Shown piece after piece: positions 1 through 8,932 of a stretch of DNA of 64,000 bases. The position numbers and the translations under genes were made by a program. Origin of the DNA: Candidatus Omnitrophota bacterium (GTDB lineage: Bacteria; Omnitrophota; Omnitrophia; Omnitrophales; Aquincolibacteriaceae); the NCBI GenBank assembly GCA_043732705.1, contig JAYTHE010000002.1, positions 191,608 through 255,607 of the forward strand, written 5' to 3'. The notes beneath the pieces were generated by a model, which was given only the letters and a program-made list of their open reading frames with translations, was not told where the DNA came from and made no database searches. Position 1 is the first letter of the stretch. Each line of letters starts with the position of its first letter.

Positions 1-66
1 GTCTTTCGTGTTTCTGGCGGCAGGGAGTATTGCTTGGAGCATTTGCCGCCTCTGCCTAAGCCGTAA
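1..66 (+). CDS. 3' end of an upstream gene (partial; ...VFRVSGGREYCLEHLPPLPKP*)
   Basis: Frame 1 is open to TAA at 64-66; EYCxxH suggests the tail of a small Zn-binding domain; too short to identify. Confidence 0.4.
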   Translation, partial: VFRVSGGREYCLEHLPPLPKP

Positions 67-132
67 CAGGCATTGAAGATTTAATTGTCAAATTTACTAT
101 CCTGATAGGCTTGAAGTTTGCTAGAATTCTCC

Positions 133-295
133 AGAAGCCATCCGTAAACCTTCCCTGAGAATGGGCCGGCTTGATGACCTGCCGAAGCAAGGAAGACGAG
201 GAGTTCATACTGAGTAAGTATGGGCGACGAGTATGACGAAGTTGCAGGCATGTCAGCTGCGGCCACTTTCCGGTAGGGGTTTATGGATGGCTTCT
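133..295. repeat. Long imperfect palindromic element (copy 1; MITE-like or structured RNA)
   Basis: Ends AGAAGCCATCCGTAAACC (133-150) and GGTTTATGGATGGCTTCT (278-295) pair; inner hairpin GTTCATACT/AGTATGGGC; shares loop motifs with 2198-2375 and 54450-54570; extended -10 TGCTAGAAT at 119-127. Confidence 0.7.
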
Positions 296-325
296 AGTTC
301 CAATCCTCTCTGAGAGAAGGTATTC

Positions 326-1306
326 ATGAAAAAAAATTGGTCTTTTTCCCTTTTATTTATTTTAGCTTCATTGCTTATGCCGCTGTCTTACGCGGTCGCG
401 GATGACGCGTCGGATGTTATGGATGCCGCTTTAGCGGAACACACGCAAATTACTCAAGATAAAAAGACCGCTGCGCCCGTTGAACCTGTACAAAATTTAC
501 CTGCGATTGCCCAACCAGCTGTTGTAGCAGAAAAACCACATGTCCCTTCTGCCCCGGAATCCATGAAAGCGCGTGATGTTTTAACCCGTGAAGAACGGCA
601 CCATGCCGCTTCCGCGCAGGGAGATGAAGTTAACACCGAAAAATTAGATGCGGAGGGAAACCCGCTTCCGTCTAAGGATGCTATTTTAGAATCCGCTTCC
701 ACAAAAGGTGAATTGATGATTGCGGACTTTGATATTGGAGATAAGCCGAATAATTTAGGCGGAGATTTCGGAGGTTTCGCGAAAGACCCGAATGATGATA
801 CGCAAGACTGCCGTGCGACTTTCGCCTCGGATGATGCCCTTGGAAACATGGATGGGTTTGCTTTGCGGCTTGATTATGACGTTGATTCTCCTTCGCCGGC
901 GTATAACGGATTTTGGATGAAGCTTGAAAATCTTAATGCTACGCCGTATGACACGCTTTCTTTTTATGTGCGCGGAGCTTCGAAGCGTTTTACGAAGCGC
1001 CTAAAGGTTGAGCTTAAAAGCCCCGATCATCGCTCCGCGTCTTTTATCATCGCGGGCATCAGCGATCAATGGCAGAAAATCCAAATTCCTTTGAAACGTT
1101 TTAAAGGAATTAAAAATTGGTCGATTTTATCGGAATTGGTTTTGGTTTTTGATGATGTGAATACGGCACCCAAAAAAGGAACGCTTTTAATTGACCAAAT
1201 GATGTTTGAGCGGCATGAAAAGGGAATGGCCTCCTCACATCTGGCGCCCGAAAATATTCCAGTTTCCGCGAATTCACCGCAATTCGCCCAGCCAACACCA
1301 TCCTAA
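326..1306 (+). CDS. Secreted protein with C-terminal galactose-binding-like (CIA30/CBM11-like) domain
   Basis: Signal peptide ending AVA; low-complexity linker; IADFD...LRLDYDV...YNGFW...LSFYVRG...KVELK...WQKIQIPL...LLIDQMMF beta-sandwich pattern. Confidence 0.65.
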   Translation: MKKNWSFSLLFILASLLMPLSYAVADDASDVMDAALAEHTQITQDKKTAAPVEPVQNLPAIAQPAVVAEKPHVPSAPESMKARDVLTREERHHAASAQGDEVNTEKLDAEGNPLPSKDAILESASTKGELMIADFDIGDKPNNLGGDFGGFAKDPNDDTQDCRATFASDDALGNMDGFALRLDYDVDSPSPAYNGFWMKLENLNATPYDTLSFYVRGASKRFTKRLKVELKSPDHRSASFIIAGISDQWQKIQIPLKRFKGIKNWSILSELVLVFDDVNTAPKKGTLLIDQMMFERHEKGMASSHLAPENIPVSANSPQFAQPTPS

Positions 1307-1307
1307 T

Positions 1308-1880
1308 TTGTCCTCGCGAAAGGCTTGGGTTTTAATCATGATCCTGGGATTTCTTTTTGGAGGAGGCTCTTCGATGCGCGCAAACTCCACTCAGTCGATT
1401 TATGATTTCAAAGCTAATTTAATTAATGGCAAAGAAAAACCCTTATCTGATTATAAAGGTAAGGTGCTTTTGATTGTGAACACCGCTTCCGGCTGCGGAT
1501 TTACCCCTCAGTATGCGACGCTACAAAACCTTTATGAGAAGTATCAAGCTCAGGGACTTGAGATTTTAGCTTTCCCATCCAATGATTTTGGCAAGCAAGA
1601 ACCGGGCTCCAATCAGGAAATTCAGCAATTTTGTAATTTGCGCTTCAAAGTAAAGTTTCCGCTTTTTGAAAAAGTTGATGTAAAAGGTAAAAATATTCAT
1701 CCGCTTTATCAGTATTTAACTGAAACGAGCCCAAAGAAAGGCTCGATCAAATGGAATTTCTCAAAATTCTTGATTGATCGCAATGGGAATGTTGTTGATC
1801 GTTTCGCATCTATGACCGACCCTATGGCTGGCAAAGTAGTGAAAGCCATCGAAGAGTTTCTCGCTCAGCCTGCCAAATAA
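1308..1880 (+). CDS. Glutathione peroxidase (BtuE/Gpx family, Cys type), possibly exported
   Basis: VNTASGCGFTPQY, FPSNDFGKQEPG and IKWNFSKFLIDRNG motifs; start uncertain (TTG 1308, ATG 1338 or ATG 1374). Confidence 0.9.
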   Translation: MSSRKAWVLIMILGFLFGGGSSMRANSTQSIYDFKANLINGKEKPLSDYKGKVLLIVNTASGCGFTPQYATLQNLYEKYQAQGLEILAFPSNDFGKQEPGSNQEIQQFCNLRFKVKFPLFEKVDVKGKNIHPLYQYLTETSPKKGSIKWNFSKFLIDRNGNVVDRFASMTDPMAGKVVKAIEEFLAQPAK

Positions 1881-1925
1881 TTTTTGATTTTTACTTGAGT
1901 TCTGCTAGAATCCATCCCGTTTGAG

Positions 1926-2110
1926 ACAGGTCTCGTAGTTTAAGGCTGGTAACAGACCTTAGATTTTCGAGTCAAATTGGAAGAAAGCGTTTCCTGAAAA
2001 GGAAATGACTTCGCCGTGCCGCGACTGTCGGCTGTGCTGCTTATGTTTTTATTCCTCGATGAAACTCGGAATAAGTGTAAGTAACACAACCTAGCCAGAT
2101 ACAAGCCTAT
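1926..2110 (+). ncRNA. Cobalamin riboswitch (variant)
   Basis: AGGT...AAATTGGAA...GCCGTGCCGCGACTGT core and 3' B12-box-like AGCCAGATACAAGCCT; lies after extended -10 TGCTAGAAT and upstream of a btuB operon. Confidence 0.8.
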
Positions 2111-2197
2111 TTCAGTTTTATTCCGCTCCTCATTGCGAGCTACAAATTGAGGAACGAGAGAGCCTTGCCCAAATCGCAATCTCCTTCGTTCTTCTTA

Positions 2198-2375
2198 GCT
2201 TACATTTCTATCGGTTTTTGTCGCGAATCGGCGTAGGTGCTGGGGATACAAGGCATACGAGCGAAGAACCCGCAGGTATACTCTTTGCAGTACACCGAGG
2301 GAAGCTTCGCGAGTATAACGCCGTAGACACAGCAAAATACGTCGATGTAGCAGAAAACGGATGAGAAATGTGAGC
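2198..2375. repeat. Long imperfect palindromic element (copy 2) in the btuB leader
   Basis: GCTTACATTTCT pairs with AGAAATGTGAGC; nested stems ATCGGCGTA/TACGTCGAT, TGCTG/CAGCA, GCGAAG/CTTCGC, GGTATACT/AGTACACC. Confidence 0.7.
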
Positions 2376-2388
2376 GTAAAGGAGATTC

Positions 2389-4596
2389 ATGTCACGTTTT
2401 ATTTGTCTTGTTCTCACCATTTTTTTAATTTCATTTTCCGCCCAAGCACGGGAAACTCAAACTACTGCGCCTGTTTCCACGATATCCAAAGAAGATATCG
2501 AAAAACCGAAAGACCCTGAAAATACAATTTATGTATCGGCGGCGCGTTTGCCGGTTTTAAAGCAAAAGCAAAGCAGCTCCTCGTCCAATGTGACCTTTAT
2601 TTCCAAAGAAGAATTAAAAGCAAAAAAATCCTCTTCGCTTCAAGATGCGTTGGTGTCACAGGAAGGCGTTGTGCTTTATGACGATGTCGGAAACGGCCTC
2701 GATTCAACTTTGAGTTTGCGCGGTTTTAACCGGGCGAGCGCGGTTACTTTTTTGGTGGATGGCGTGCGTGTCAATGAAATTGACGGAAATACAATGACCT
2801 TTCCGCTTGTCTCGATGGATGATTTGGAAAGCATTCAAATTGAGCGTGGCTCTTCTGCCGCAGTGTATGGCTCGAATGCCCTGGCGGGAGTGATCAGTAT
2901 TACCACGGGACGTCCCAGCAAAAAGCCATGGAGTTTATTCGGCGGATTTGATGTGGCGAGCCATCGCGGAATTCATTTTTATCAGGGTGTCAGCGGAACG
3001 GTTCAAGACCATTTCACTCCGCTTGGCGGGGCTTTTGAATATTATTTCAAAGGCGGACGAAATCTGGGCGAAGGTTTTCGCGGGAATTCCGAATTCCGTA
3101 TCACGTCCTTTGACCTTAAAACCGCCTATGTTTTGCCTGAGAATTCGGGGAAGGTTTATATCAACGCGAAACATACCGATGACATGATTTCTAATCCGGG
3201 CGAATTAACACGATTGCAATATGATGCTTCCGCGAAACAGACTAATAAGCCTTCAGACGCGCGTCAGTTTAGAAATACCATTGTTCAAATCGGCGCTGAT
3301 AAAAAGTTTTGGGATAATAAAATTACGGCATCACTTATGGGTGACTGGCGTTTCAATAGTCTTGATTTTGTTAATACGACGACGCAGTTCGGAACAAACA
3401 CGACTTTGGTGCAGTCCAAGTCGCGTACGCCCGAGCTTATCGGACAGCTTTCGTATGAAGATGCATGGGATTGGCTTACCAATACCAGTTTGATTGGTTT
3501 TGAAGTGCGTAAGACTTATGAGCTGGCCACGCGTATTGCCGCTCCGGGCGGGGCAGTTTCTCCCACGGCGGCAACATCGCTTGACCGCGACGGGCATTTT
3601 TTTAACTCCGCGCTTTTTTGGAATGAGCGCCTGGGATTGACTAAGTACGCAGATGTGAATGTGGGCATGCGGCATGATCATTACACTTTAAGAACGCTGA
3701 ACCCTAAATCTCCTTCGAGCAATTATTCGGGACGCTGGAATGATAATACGGTATCGACCGGCTTAACATTGCATCCGCTTAAATCAACCGACGTTTTTTT
3801 TCAATTTTCCCAGGGCTTTCGAGTCCCTAATTTGAGCGATGTGAATCCTTTTGCCGGTTCCACGCCGCCTGATTTTTTAAAACCTGAAACCAGCAATCAA
3901 TACGAGGTCGGAACCCGTTATGCTTTCGGCGATATTTTGAAATTGCGCGCAAGCTGGTTTTTAATCGATATGCAGGATGAAATCGTGAATGACACGAACG
4001 CTGTTTCTCCGACGAATCCGTTCGGCCAAAATATCAATGTCGGCAAAAGCCGCCGGCAGGGAATCGAAACGGGAATGGAAGTCAAACCGCTGCGGGAAGT
4101 TTCTTTTTTCGGGACATACACTTTGACGCATGCTTATGTGCGTGAAACCAATGTGGATGCTTTCGGAGGACAAATTTATGACGGCCGAGATTTGGGGCAA
4201 GTACCTCAAAACAGAATGACCTGGGGCACGGAAGTTAATCCTTTAATTCGTTTAGGAGAGCCTTTTGCCGGCCTCAAATTTCGCGTGGACGGTAATTTTA
4301 CCGGGCAACAGCACCCGCAAGGCTTTGAATCCACGCCTCAATCTTATTTGGACGCCACCGGCGGCGCAGGGCATGTGATCAAGTCTTTTACTTTGTGGAA
4401 TTTTCTGGCAAGTTATACGTTTAAAAAACAGGAAATCTACTTTAAGATTAATAACATGTTTGATAATAAATATTATTCTCGGGCTGTTGTTTCTGAGATT
4501 TTTGCTCCTGGAACTTACCCCGCCGGTATTGATACTTTTGTGAATTCCGGTGCGCCGCGCGAATATCTTATGGGAATGCGCTGGGAAATTGAATGA
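2389..4596 (+). CDS. btuB: TonB-dependent receptor, cobalamin uptake
   Basis: Signal peptide; plug motifs LRGF, VDGVR, IERGSSAAVYGSNALAGVI; LKPE, NMFDNKYY; C-terminal GMRWEIE; riboswitch and btu context. Confidence 0.85.
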   Translation: MSRFICLVLTIFLISFSAQARETQTTAPVSTISKEDIEKPKDPENTIYVSAARLPVLKQKQSSSSSNVTFISKEELKAKKSSSLQDALVSQEGVVLYDDVGNGLDSTLSLRGFNRASAVTFLVDGVRVNEIDGNTMTFPLVSMDDLESIQIERGSSAAVYGSNALAGVISITTGRPSKKPWSLFGGFDVASHRGIHFYQGVSGTVQDHFTPLGGAFEYYFKGGRNLGEGFRGNSEFRITSFDLKTAYVLPENSGKVYINAKHTDDMISNPGELTRLQYDASAKQTNKPSDARQFRNTIVQIGADKKFWDNKITASLMGDWRFNSLDFVNTTTQFGTNTTLVQSKSRTPELIGQLSYEDAWDWLTNTSLIGFEVRKTYELATRIAAPGGAVSPTAATSLDRDGHFFNSALFWNERLGLTKYADVNVGMRHDHYTLRTLNPKSPSSNYSGRWNDNTVSTGLTLHPLKSTDVFFQFSQGFRVPNLSDVNPFAGSTPPDFLKPETSNQYEVGTRYAFGDILKLRASWFLIDMQDEIVNDTNAVSPTNPFGQNINVGKSRRQGIETGMEVKPLREVSFFGTYTLTHAYVRETNVDAFGGQIYDGRDLGQVPQNRMTWGTEVNPLIRLGEPFAGLKFRVDGNFTGQQHPQGFESTPQSYLDATGGAGHVIKSFTLWNFLASYTFKKQEIYFKINNMFDNKYYSRAVVSEIFAPGTYPAGIDTFVNSGAPREYLMGMRWEIE

Positions 4597-5450
4597 ACAA
4601 TAGTACCCGAGGCCCGAGGCCCGAGACCCGAGGGTTTCGGGAGCAGAACTTCTGGTTTGGGGCTTTGCTGGCATTATCAATATTGCTTTCTTCGAACTAT
4701 TCTGTTGCTGCCGCGCGCGTCGTTTCTTTAAACGCCTGTACCGATGAGCTTTTATTGCAGTTTGCTGAGCCGCAGCAAATCGCGGGTGTCACTCATCTTC
4801 TGCATTCACCGCAAAGCGAGGCTGTGCTTGACGATCATCCTGAAATTTTAAAATTATCCGGGGATGCCGAAAGAATTTATAAAATTCGTCCATCGATTGT
4901 TATTGCTGGCCCTTTTTCCAATCCCCAAACGCTTGAGCAGTTAAAACGAGCGCATATCAAGATTTTAATTTTTAGAGACCCGGGGAATTGGGAGGATTTA
5001 CTGCAAACGGTAAAATCTTTGGAGGAGATGCTCGGCACAACGCCGCAAATGGCGCTTTTCAGAAGAAATATTTTAAATTTAAACCTTCATGGCCCGGATT
5101 CTCAATGGGCCAGAAAGCGCGCGTTGTTCTGGAGCGCTGCCGGCCATGTTCCTGGCCGCGGCACATTTGAAAATACGATTCTTCAAACATTCGGAATGCG
5201 AAACGCGGTGAATTATGAAGGCTATGCTTTTCTTTCGCTTGAGAAGCTAATTCAGCTTCAGCCCGATATTATTATTGTGACTGAAGGCCCGAATCAAAGA
5301 AATTCCTGGAATCATGATACGCTTTTCCATCCCGCTTTGCGCGCGGCATTGCCGCATTTGGAATATATGCAAATTCCGGAAGAAGCAGTCAGTTGTGCTT
5401 CGGGTTATACCGTCGAAGTTTTAGAAAATCTTTTAAAGGGCAAGGCATGA
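4593..5450 (+). CDS. btuF: Cobalamin ABC transporter periplasmic binding protein
   Basis: RVVSLNACTDELL, AERI...P and SLEKLIQLQPDIII (class III SBP); ATGA overlap with btuB. Confidence 0.8.
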   Translation: MNNSTRGPRPETRGFREQNFWFGALLALSILLSSNYSVAAARVVSLNACTDELLLQFAEPQQIAGVTHLLHSPQSEAVLDDHPEILKLSGDAERIYKIRPSIVIAGPFSNPQTLEQLKRAHIKILIFRDPGNWEDLLQTVKSLEEMLGTTPQMALFRRNILNLNLHGPDSQWARKRALFWSAAGHVPGRGTFENTILQTFGMRNAVNYEGYAFLSLEKLIQLQPDIIIVTEGPNQRNSWNHDTLFHPALRAALPHLEYMQIPEEAVSCASGYTVEVLENLLKGKA

Positions 5451-6421
5451 AAAAAATCCATTGGATTTTAACCGCGGTTCTTGCGGCGTTATTTGTTGGC
5501 TCTCTTAATGCCGGAGCTTTGGATATTTCAATTTTTAAAGCCATGGCAGGTAAAGTTTCTGCGGCAGACGCTGCGATTTTTTGGCAAATCCGTTTTCCAA
5601 GGACTTTGCTTGCTTTGATGGTCGGTGTAACTTTGGGATTATCCGGTGCCGCGATGCAGGGTCTTTTAAGAAACCCTTTGGCTGATTCGGGCTTGCTCGG
5701 GATTTCCGGCGGCGCGGTACTTGGCGCAATGTTTGCGCTTTACTCAGGCATTACCGCCTGGGGAATTTGGCTTTTGCCCGCGGGCGGATTTTTAGGGGCG
5801 CTTGCGGCGGCAGCTTTAATTCTTCTTTTTTGCGTTCGGCGTACCGGTTTGCTTGGTTTAATTCTCGCCGGCACTGCCTTAAACACGCTTTTTTTCGCGC
5901 TGGGAAGTTTGCTGCTTAATTTTTCAAAAAATCCTTACGCAATTTTAGAAATTATTTATTGGCAAATGGGTTCCTTTGAAAACCGCACTGTGGAACAAGT
6001 GCTTGCCGCGGCGCCATGGATGATTTTAGGCTGGATTTTTCTTTTGCGAACGGCGCCTGCCCTGAGTCTTTTAACTTTGGGAGAGGATGTCGCGCGCACA
6101 TCGGGGGTTTCAATGCCAAAAACATTGCGTTTCGTTGTATTGGGTACGGCCTTTTCCGTGGGCGCCGCGGTTTCGATTTGCGGCAGCATCAGTTTTGTTG
6201 GACTTTTGATTCCGCATTTGATGCGCCCTTTCGTAAAACAGGAGCCGGGGCAATTGCTCTCCGTAAGTGCGTTAGCGGGCGGTATTTTTATTTTGCTCAC
6301 GGACTTAATCTGTCGCGCTGCCAGCTCCGGCGTGGAGTTAAAAATTGGGGTTTTAACCGCGCTTCTGGGAGCACCCTTTTTTATTTATTTGGCCTTTAAA
6401 ACACGGACACAAATTACATGA
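5447..6421 (+). CDS. btuC: Cobalamin ABC transporter permease (FecCD family)
   Basis: IRFPRTLLA, QGLLRNPLADSGLLG, LGEDVARTSG, ISFVGLLIPH, GAPFF; ATG 5447 overlaps the btuF stop. Confidence 0.9.
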   Translation: MKKIHWILTAVLAALFVGSLNAGALDISIFKAMAGKVSAADAAIFWQIRFPRTLLALMVGVTLGLSGAAMQGLLRNPLADSGLLGISGGAVLGAMFALYSGITAWGIWLLPAGGFLGALAAAALILLFCVRRTGLLGLILAGTALNTLFFALGSLLLNFSKNPYAILEIIYWQMGSFENRTVEQVLAAAPWMILGWIFLLRTAPALSLLTLGEDVARTSGVSMPKTLRFVVLGTAFSVGAAVSICGSISFVGLLIPHLMRPFVKQEPGQLLSVSALAGGIFILLTDLICRAASSGVELKIGVLTALLGAPFFIYLAFKTRTQIT

Positions 6422-7197
6422 GATTTTCACCATCCAGACCCTGTACACATCCGATGTGTACAAAGGTGCACATCGGATGTGTACAGGGGGTAAAGTTTGA
6501 AAACATATCCTGCAAGTTGGGCGGCCGGGAGATTTTGAAAAATCTTACCGGAGAAATTTTACACGGAAAAATAACAGCTTTACTTGGCCCCAATGGGTGC
6601 GGCAAATCAACCTTTTTGAAAGCCTTGCTTGGCTTGGTTGATTTACAAACGGGGGAAATATTTTTAGATCAGAAAAAAATAATGGGACTTTCTTCTCAGG
6701 CGTCGCTTTTGGGTTATATGCCGCAAAGCAAAGAGATTTATTGGCCATTGACCTGCGAAGCGATCACTATGCTTGGTACGGGCGGGCGAACCGAGGCAGA
6801 GATTAAGACTGTTTTCGAACGGCTTGGAATCATGTCTTTACGGGAAAAACAGATTGATCAGGTTTCGGGCGGCGAGCGGACATTAGTTTTATTAGCGCGT
6901 ATTTTAATAAGTAAACCGCAGGTGATTGTCGCAGATGAACCGATTTCTGAGCTCGATCCGGCTTATCAAATCAGAGTCATGAAAATCTTGCGTGAAGAAG
7001 CTCTGCGCGGTGCGATAGTTTTGGTAACGATGCATGATATTCATTTAACCCAGCGCTTTTGCGATGATGTCTTTTTGATGAAAGGCGGGGAAATTATTTG
7101 CGGAGGTTCCGCGTTTCATATATTGACCGAAAAGAATCTTCGGGAAACTTTCCAAATTTCATTTCGACCGGAAGTGGGGTTTTATGCCGAAGGATAA
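6418..7197 (+). CDS. btuD: Cobalamin ABC transporter ATPase
   Basis: Walker A GPNGCGKS, signature VSGGE, Walker B VADEP, H-loop MHD. Confidence 0.9.
   Translation: MRFSPSRPCTHPMCTKVHIGCVQGVKFENISCKLGGREILKNLTGEILHGKITALLGPNGCGKSTFLKALLGLVDLQTGEIFLDQKKIMGLSSQASLLGYMPQSKEIYWPLTCEAITMLGTGGRTEAEIKTVFERLGIMSLREKQIDQVSGGERTLVLLARILISKPQVIVADEPISELDPAYQIRVMKILREEALRGAIVLVTMHDIHLTQRFCDDVFLMKGGEIICGGSAFHILTEKNLRETFQISFRPEVGFYAEG
6439..6488. repeat. Near-perfect 23-bp-arm palindrome inside the btuD N-terminus
   Basis: CCCTGTACACATCCGATGTGTAC-AAAG-GTGCACATCGGATGTGTACAGGG, one G-T pair. Confidence 0.85.
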
Positions 7198-7750
7198 AGC
7201 TCCGCGCAAACATCAGAAGCCAAAACGTAAACCGGACAAAGGGCTGGTGATTGTTTATACCGGTAAAGGTAAAGGTAAAAGCACCGCTGCTTTTGGAACG
7301 GTTTTACGCGCGCTTGGTTACGGAATGAAAGTTGTGGTAATCCAATTTATTAAAGGGAATTGGCCTTCCGGAGAGGAAGCAGCATTAAAAAAGTTTGCTG
7401 AGTGCCGGTTTTTTAAAGTCGGCGAAGGATTTACGTGGGACACAAAAGATTTTGAACGGGATGCCGCGAAAGCCGCCCAAGGCTGGCTTTTGGCGCAGAA
7501 ATTTATTTTAGATTCTAAAATTGATTTAGTTGTGCTGGACGAAATTAATTGTTGTTTTGATTATGGGTTTTTAAAAATGGATCCGGTTCTTCAAATATTA
7601 AAAGAAAAGCCTTTGAAGAAGCATGTCATTCTTACGGGACGCGGCGCACCTAAGAAATTGATCCAGTTCGCGGATCTTGTAACAGAAATGAAATGTGTAA
7701 AGCATCCCTATGACCAGGGCATTTGGGCCCAGAAGGGCATTGATTTCTAG
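7184..7750 (+). CDS. cobO: Cob(I)yrinic acid a,c-diamide adenosyltransferase (CobO/BtuR)
   Basis: YTGKGKGKSTAAFG, QFIKG, GEGFTW, LDEI, LTGR, KHPY...GIDF. Confidence 0.95.
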   Translation: MPKDKAPRKHQKPKRKPDKGLVIVYTGKGKGKSTAAFGTVLRALGYGMKVVVIQFIKGNWPSGEEAALKKFAECRFFKVGEGFTWDTKDFERDAAKAAQGWLLAQKFILDSKIDLVVLDEINCCFDYGFLKMDPVLQILKEKPLKKHVILTGRGAPKKLIQFADLVTEMKCVKHPYDQGIWAQKGIDF

Positions 7751-7757
7751 CTCATCT

Positions 7758-7784
7758 GTCATTCCCGCGAAGGCGGGAATCCAG
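7758..7784. repeat. Short REP/dRS3-like palindrome (copy 1 of 3)
   Basis: GTCATTCCCGCGAAGGCGGGAATCCAG; near-identical at 44342 and 46603. Confidence 0.8.
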
Positions 7785-7829
7785 GGCCTTTTTAGAAAAT
7801 GAAGCGATAGCAGTCTTCGGTCGTTGGTC

Positions 7830-7849
7830 CCTGCCTGCCCGTAGGCAGG
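7830..7849. repeat. Short REP-like palindrome CCTGCCT...AGGCAGG
   Basis: CCTGCCTGCCCGTAGGCAGG; second copy at 42138-42157. Confidence 0.6.
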
Positions 7850-7864
7850 TTTCGTCGAGTTGTC

Positions 7865-8077
7865 CTAAAGTTTATAGCGAATTTGGATTTGCGGCTTATC
7901 CCAATAAGGGCAATGACGGCAGCCCTGATTGCAGCAAAAGCCGCGGTCAATTAAATAAAATTCCGTATGCACAGTTTCCTGCGTAAAAGGATCTTCATAG
8001 GTCTTAAGCTTAGCCGCGCAGGCCGTTCGGTGAGCTTCCAAAGTTTCCGCGGGCAGGTTGGGATCGCGTGATGTCAT
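7865..8077 (-). CDS. Small Cys-rich protein (DUF5522-like)
   Basis: YEDP...RGFCCNQGCRHCPY motif; TATAAT 6 nt before ATG. Confidence 0.8.
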   Translation of the reverse strand: MTSRDPNLPAETLEAHRTACAAKLKTYEDPFTQETVHTEFYLIDRGFCCNQGCRHCPYWDKPQIQIRYKL

Positions 8078-8188
8078 GCGCGCATTATAAATGAGGGTAC
8101 AAGTTATGAGCTATAACTTGTTTGACTCACTTTATCGTTTGTAGAAGCAGGCGAAGGAAGAGCGCACGCACCCTTCCTTCGTTAAATA

Positions 8189-8866
8189 TTAAGCGACGTT
8201 GATTTTCTTTGAAGCTTGTTCTTCGCTTACTTTGGGCAAAGTAATTGTCAGAACTCCATTCTGATAGTCTGCTTTTATATTGCCCTCATCAACGGGCCCC
8301 GGCAGTCTTAGACTACGAGAAAAAGATCCGTAGCTTCGTTCTTGGGTGTAATAGCTTCCGCTTTGTTCCTGGTTGATGCTTTCACGCATGCCTTGAATGG
8401 TGAGGATTTCTCCGCGAACGGTGATTTCAATTTTATCTTTATTCAGGCCGGGAATATCCACGCGCACGATGTAAGAATTGTTCTTTTCTTCCATGTCTAC
8501 TGAAGGCATGGAATCAATGCCCATATGTTGATTCATTTGAGTCATCATGCCCGGAAGGCCTGCCATGAACCCACCCATCATGTGCCCCATATCTTCCTGC
8601 ATTTGATCAAAGGCGGACCACGGGTCTTGATAAGTATTGGCAGAAAGGGGCTGGTGCTTTTGTCTCAATGCGTTTGAAAAAGTACTTTTTGGATAAGCTG
8701 TTGGCGCATTTTTAAAATGAAAGAGCTGAGCAAACTCTTTCTTTGAGTCGGATTCCTTTTTATTGAGCCAATAAAAAAAAGCACCTGTTTGTGTGATAAG
8801 TAACAGGGCTAATAAGATGCTTAGAATAGCGAGCCAATTTATTTTTTTATCATATGTTTCAGTCAT
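8189..8866 (-). CDS. Hsp20/alpha-crystallin protein with N-terminal transmembrane helix
   Basis: ERSYGSFSRSLRLP and YQNGVLTITLPK; hydrophobic WLAILSILLALLLITQTGAFFYW; start at MTETY after a GGGAGGA SD. Confidence 0.9.
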   Translation of the reverse strand: MTETYDKKINWLAILSILLALLLITQTGAFFYWLNKKESDSKKEFAQLFHFKNAPTAYPKSTFSNALRQKHQPLSANTYQDPWSAFDQMQEDMGHMMGGFMAGLPGMMTQMNQHMGIDSMPSVDMEEKNNSYIVRVDIPGLNKDKIEITVRGEILTIQGMRESINQEQSGSYYTQERSYGSFSRSLRLPGPVDEGNIKADYQNGVLTITLPKVSEEQASKKINVA

Positions 8867-8932
8867 GGCCGGTTCCTCCCTTAAGAACACCGTGAGAAAG
8901 CGACTATGCTTCCTCACGGTATTTCGACGAAA

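Noticed and set aside
133-295. Calling the hairpin 6S or SRP RNA
   Set aside because: No SRP GGAA-loop motif; it is short for 6S and shares motifs with two other dispersed elements, so it is left as an unassigned palindrome
1206-1307. N-terminal extension of the glutathione peroxidase ORF
   Set aside because: Overlaps the previous gene by 100 nt; TTG 1308 or later gives a clean start. The active site is Cys (TGC), not selenocysteine
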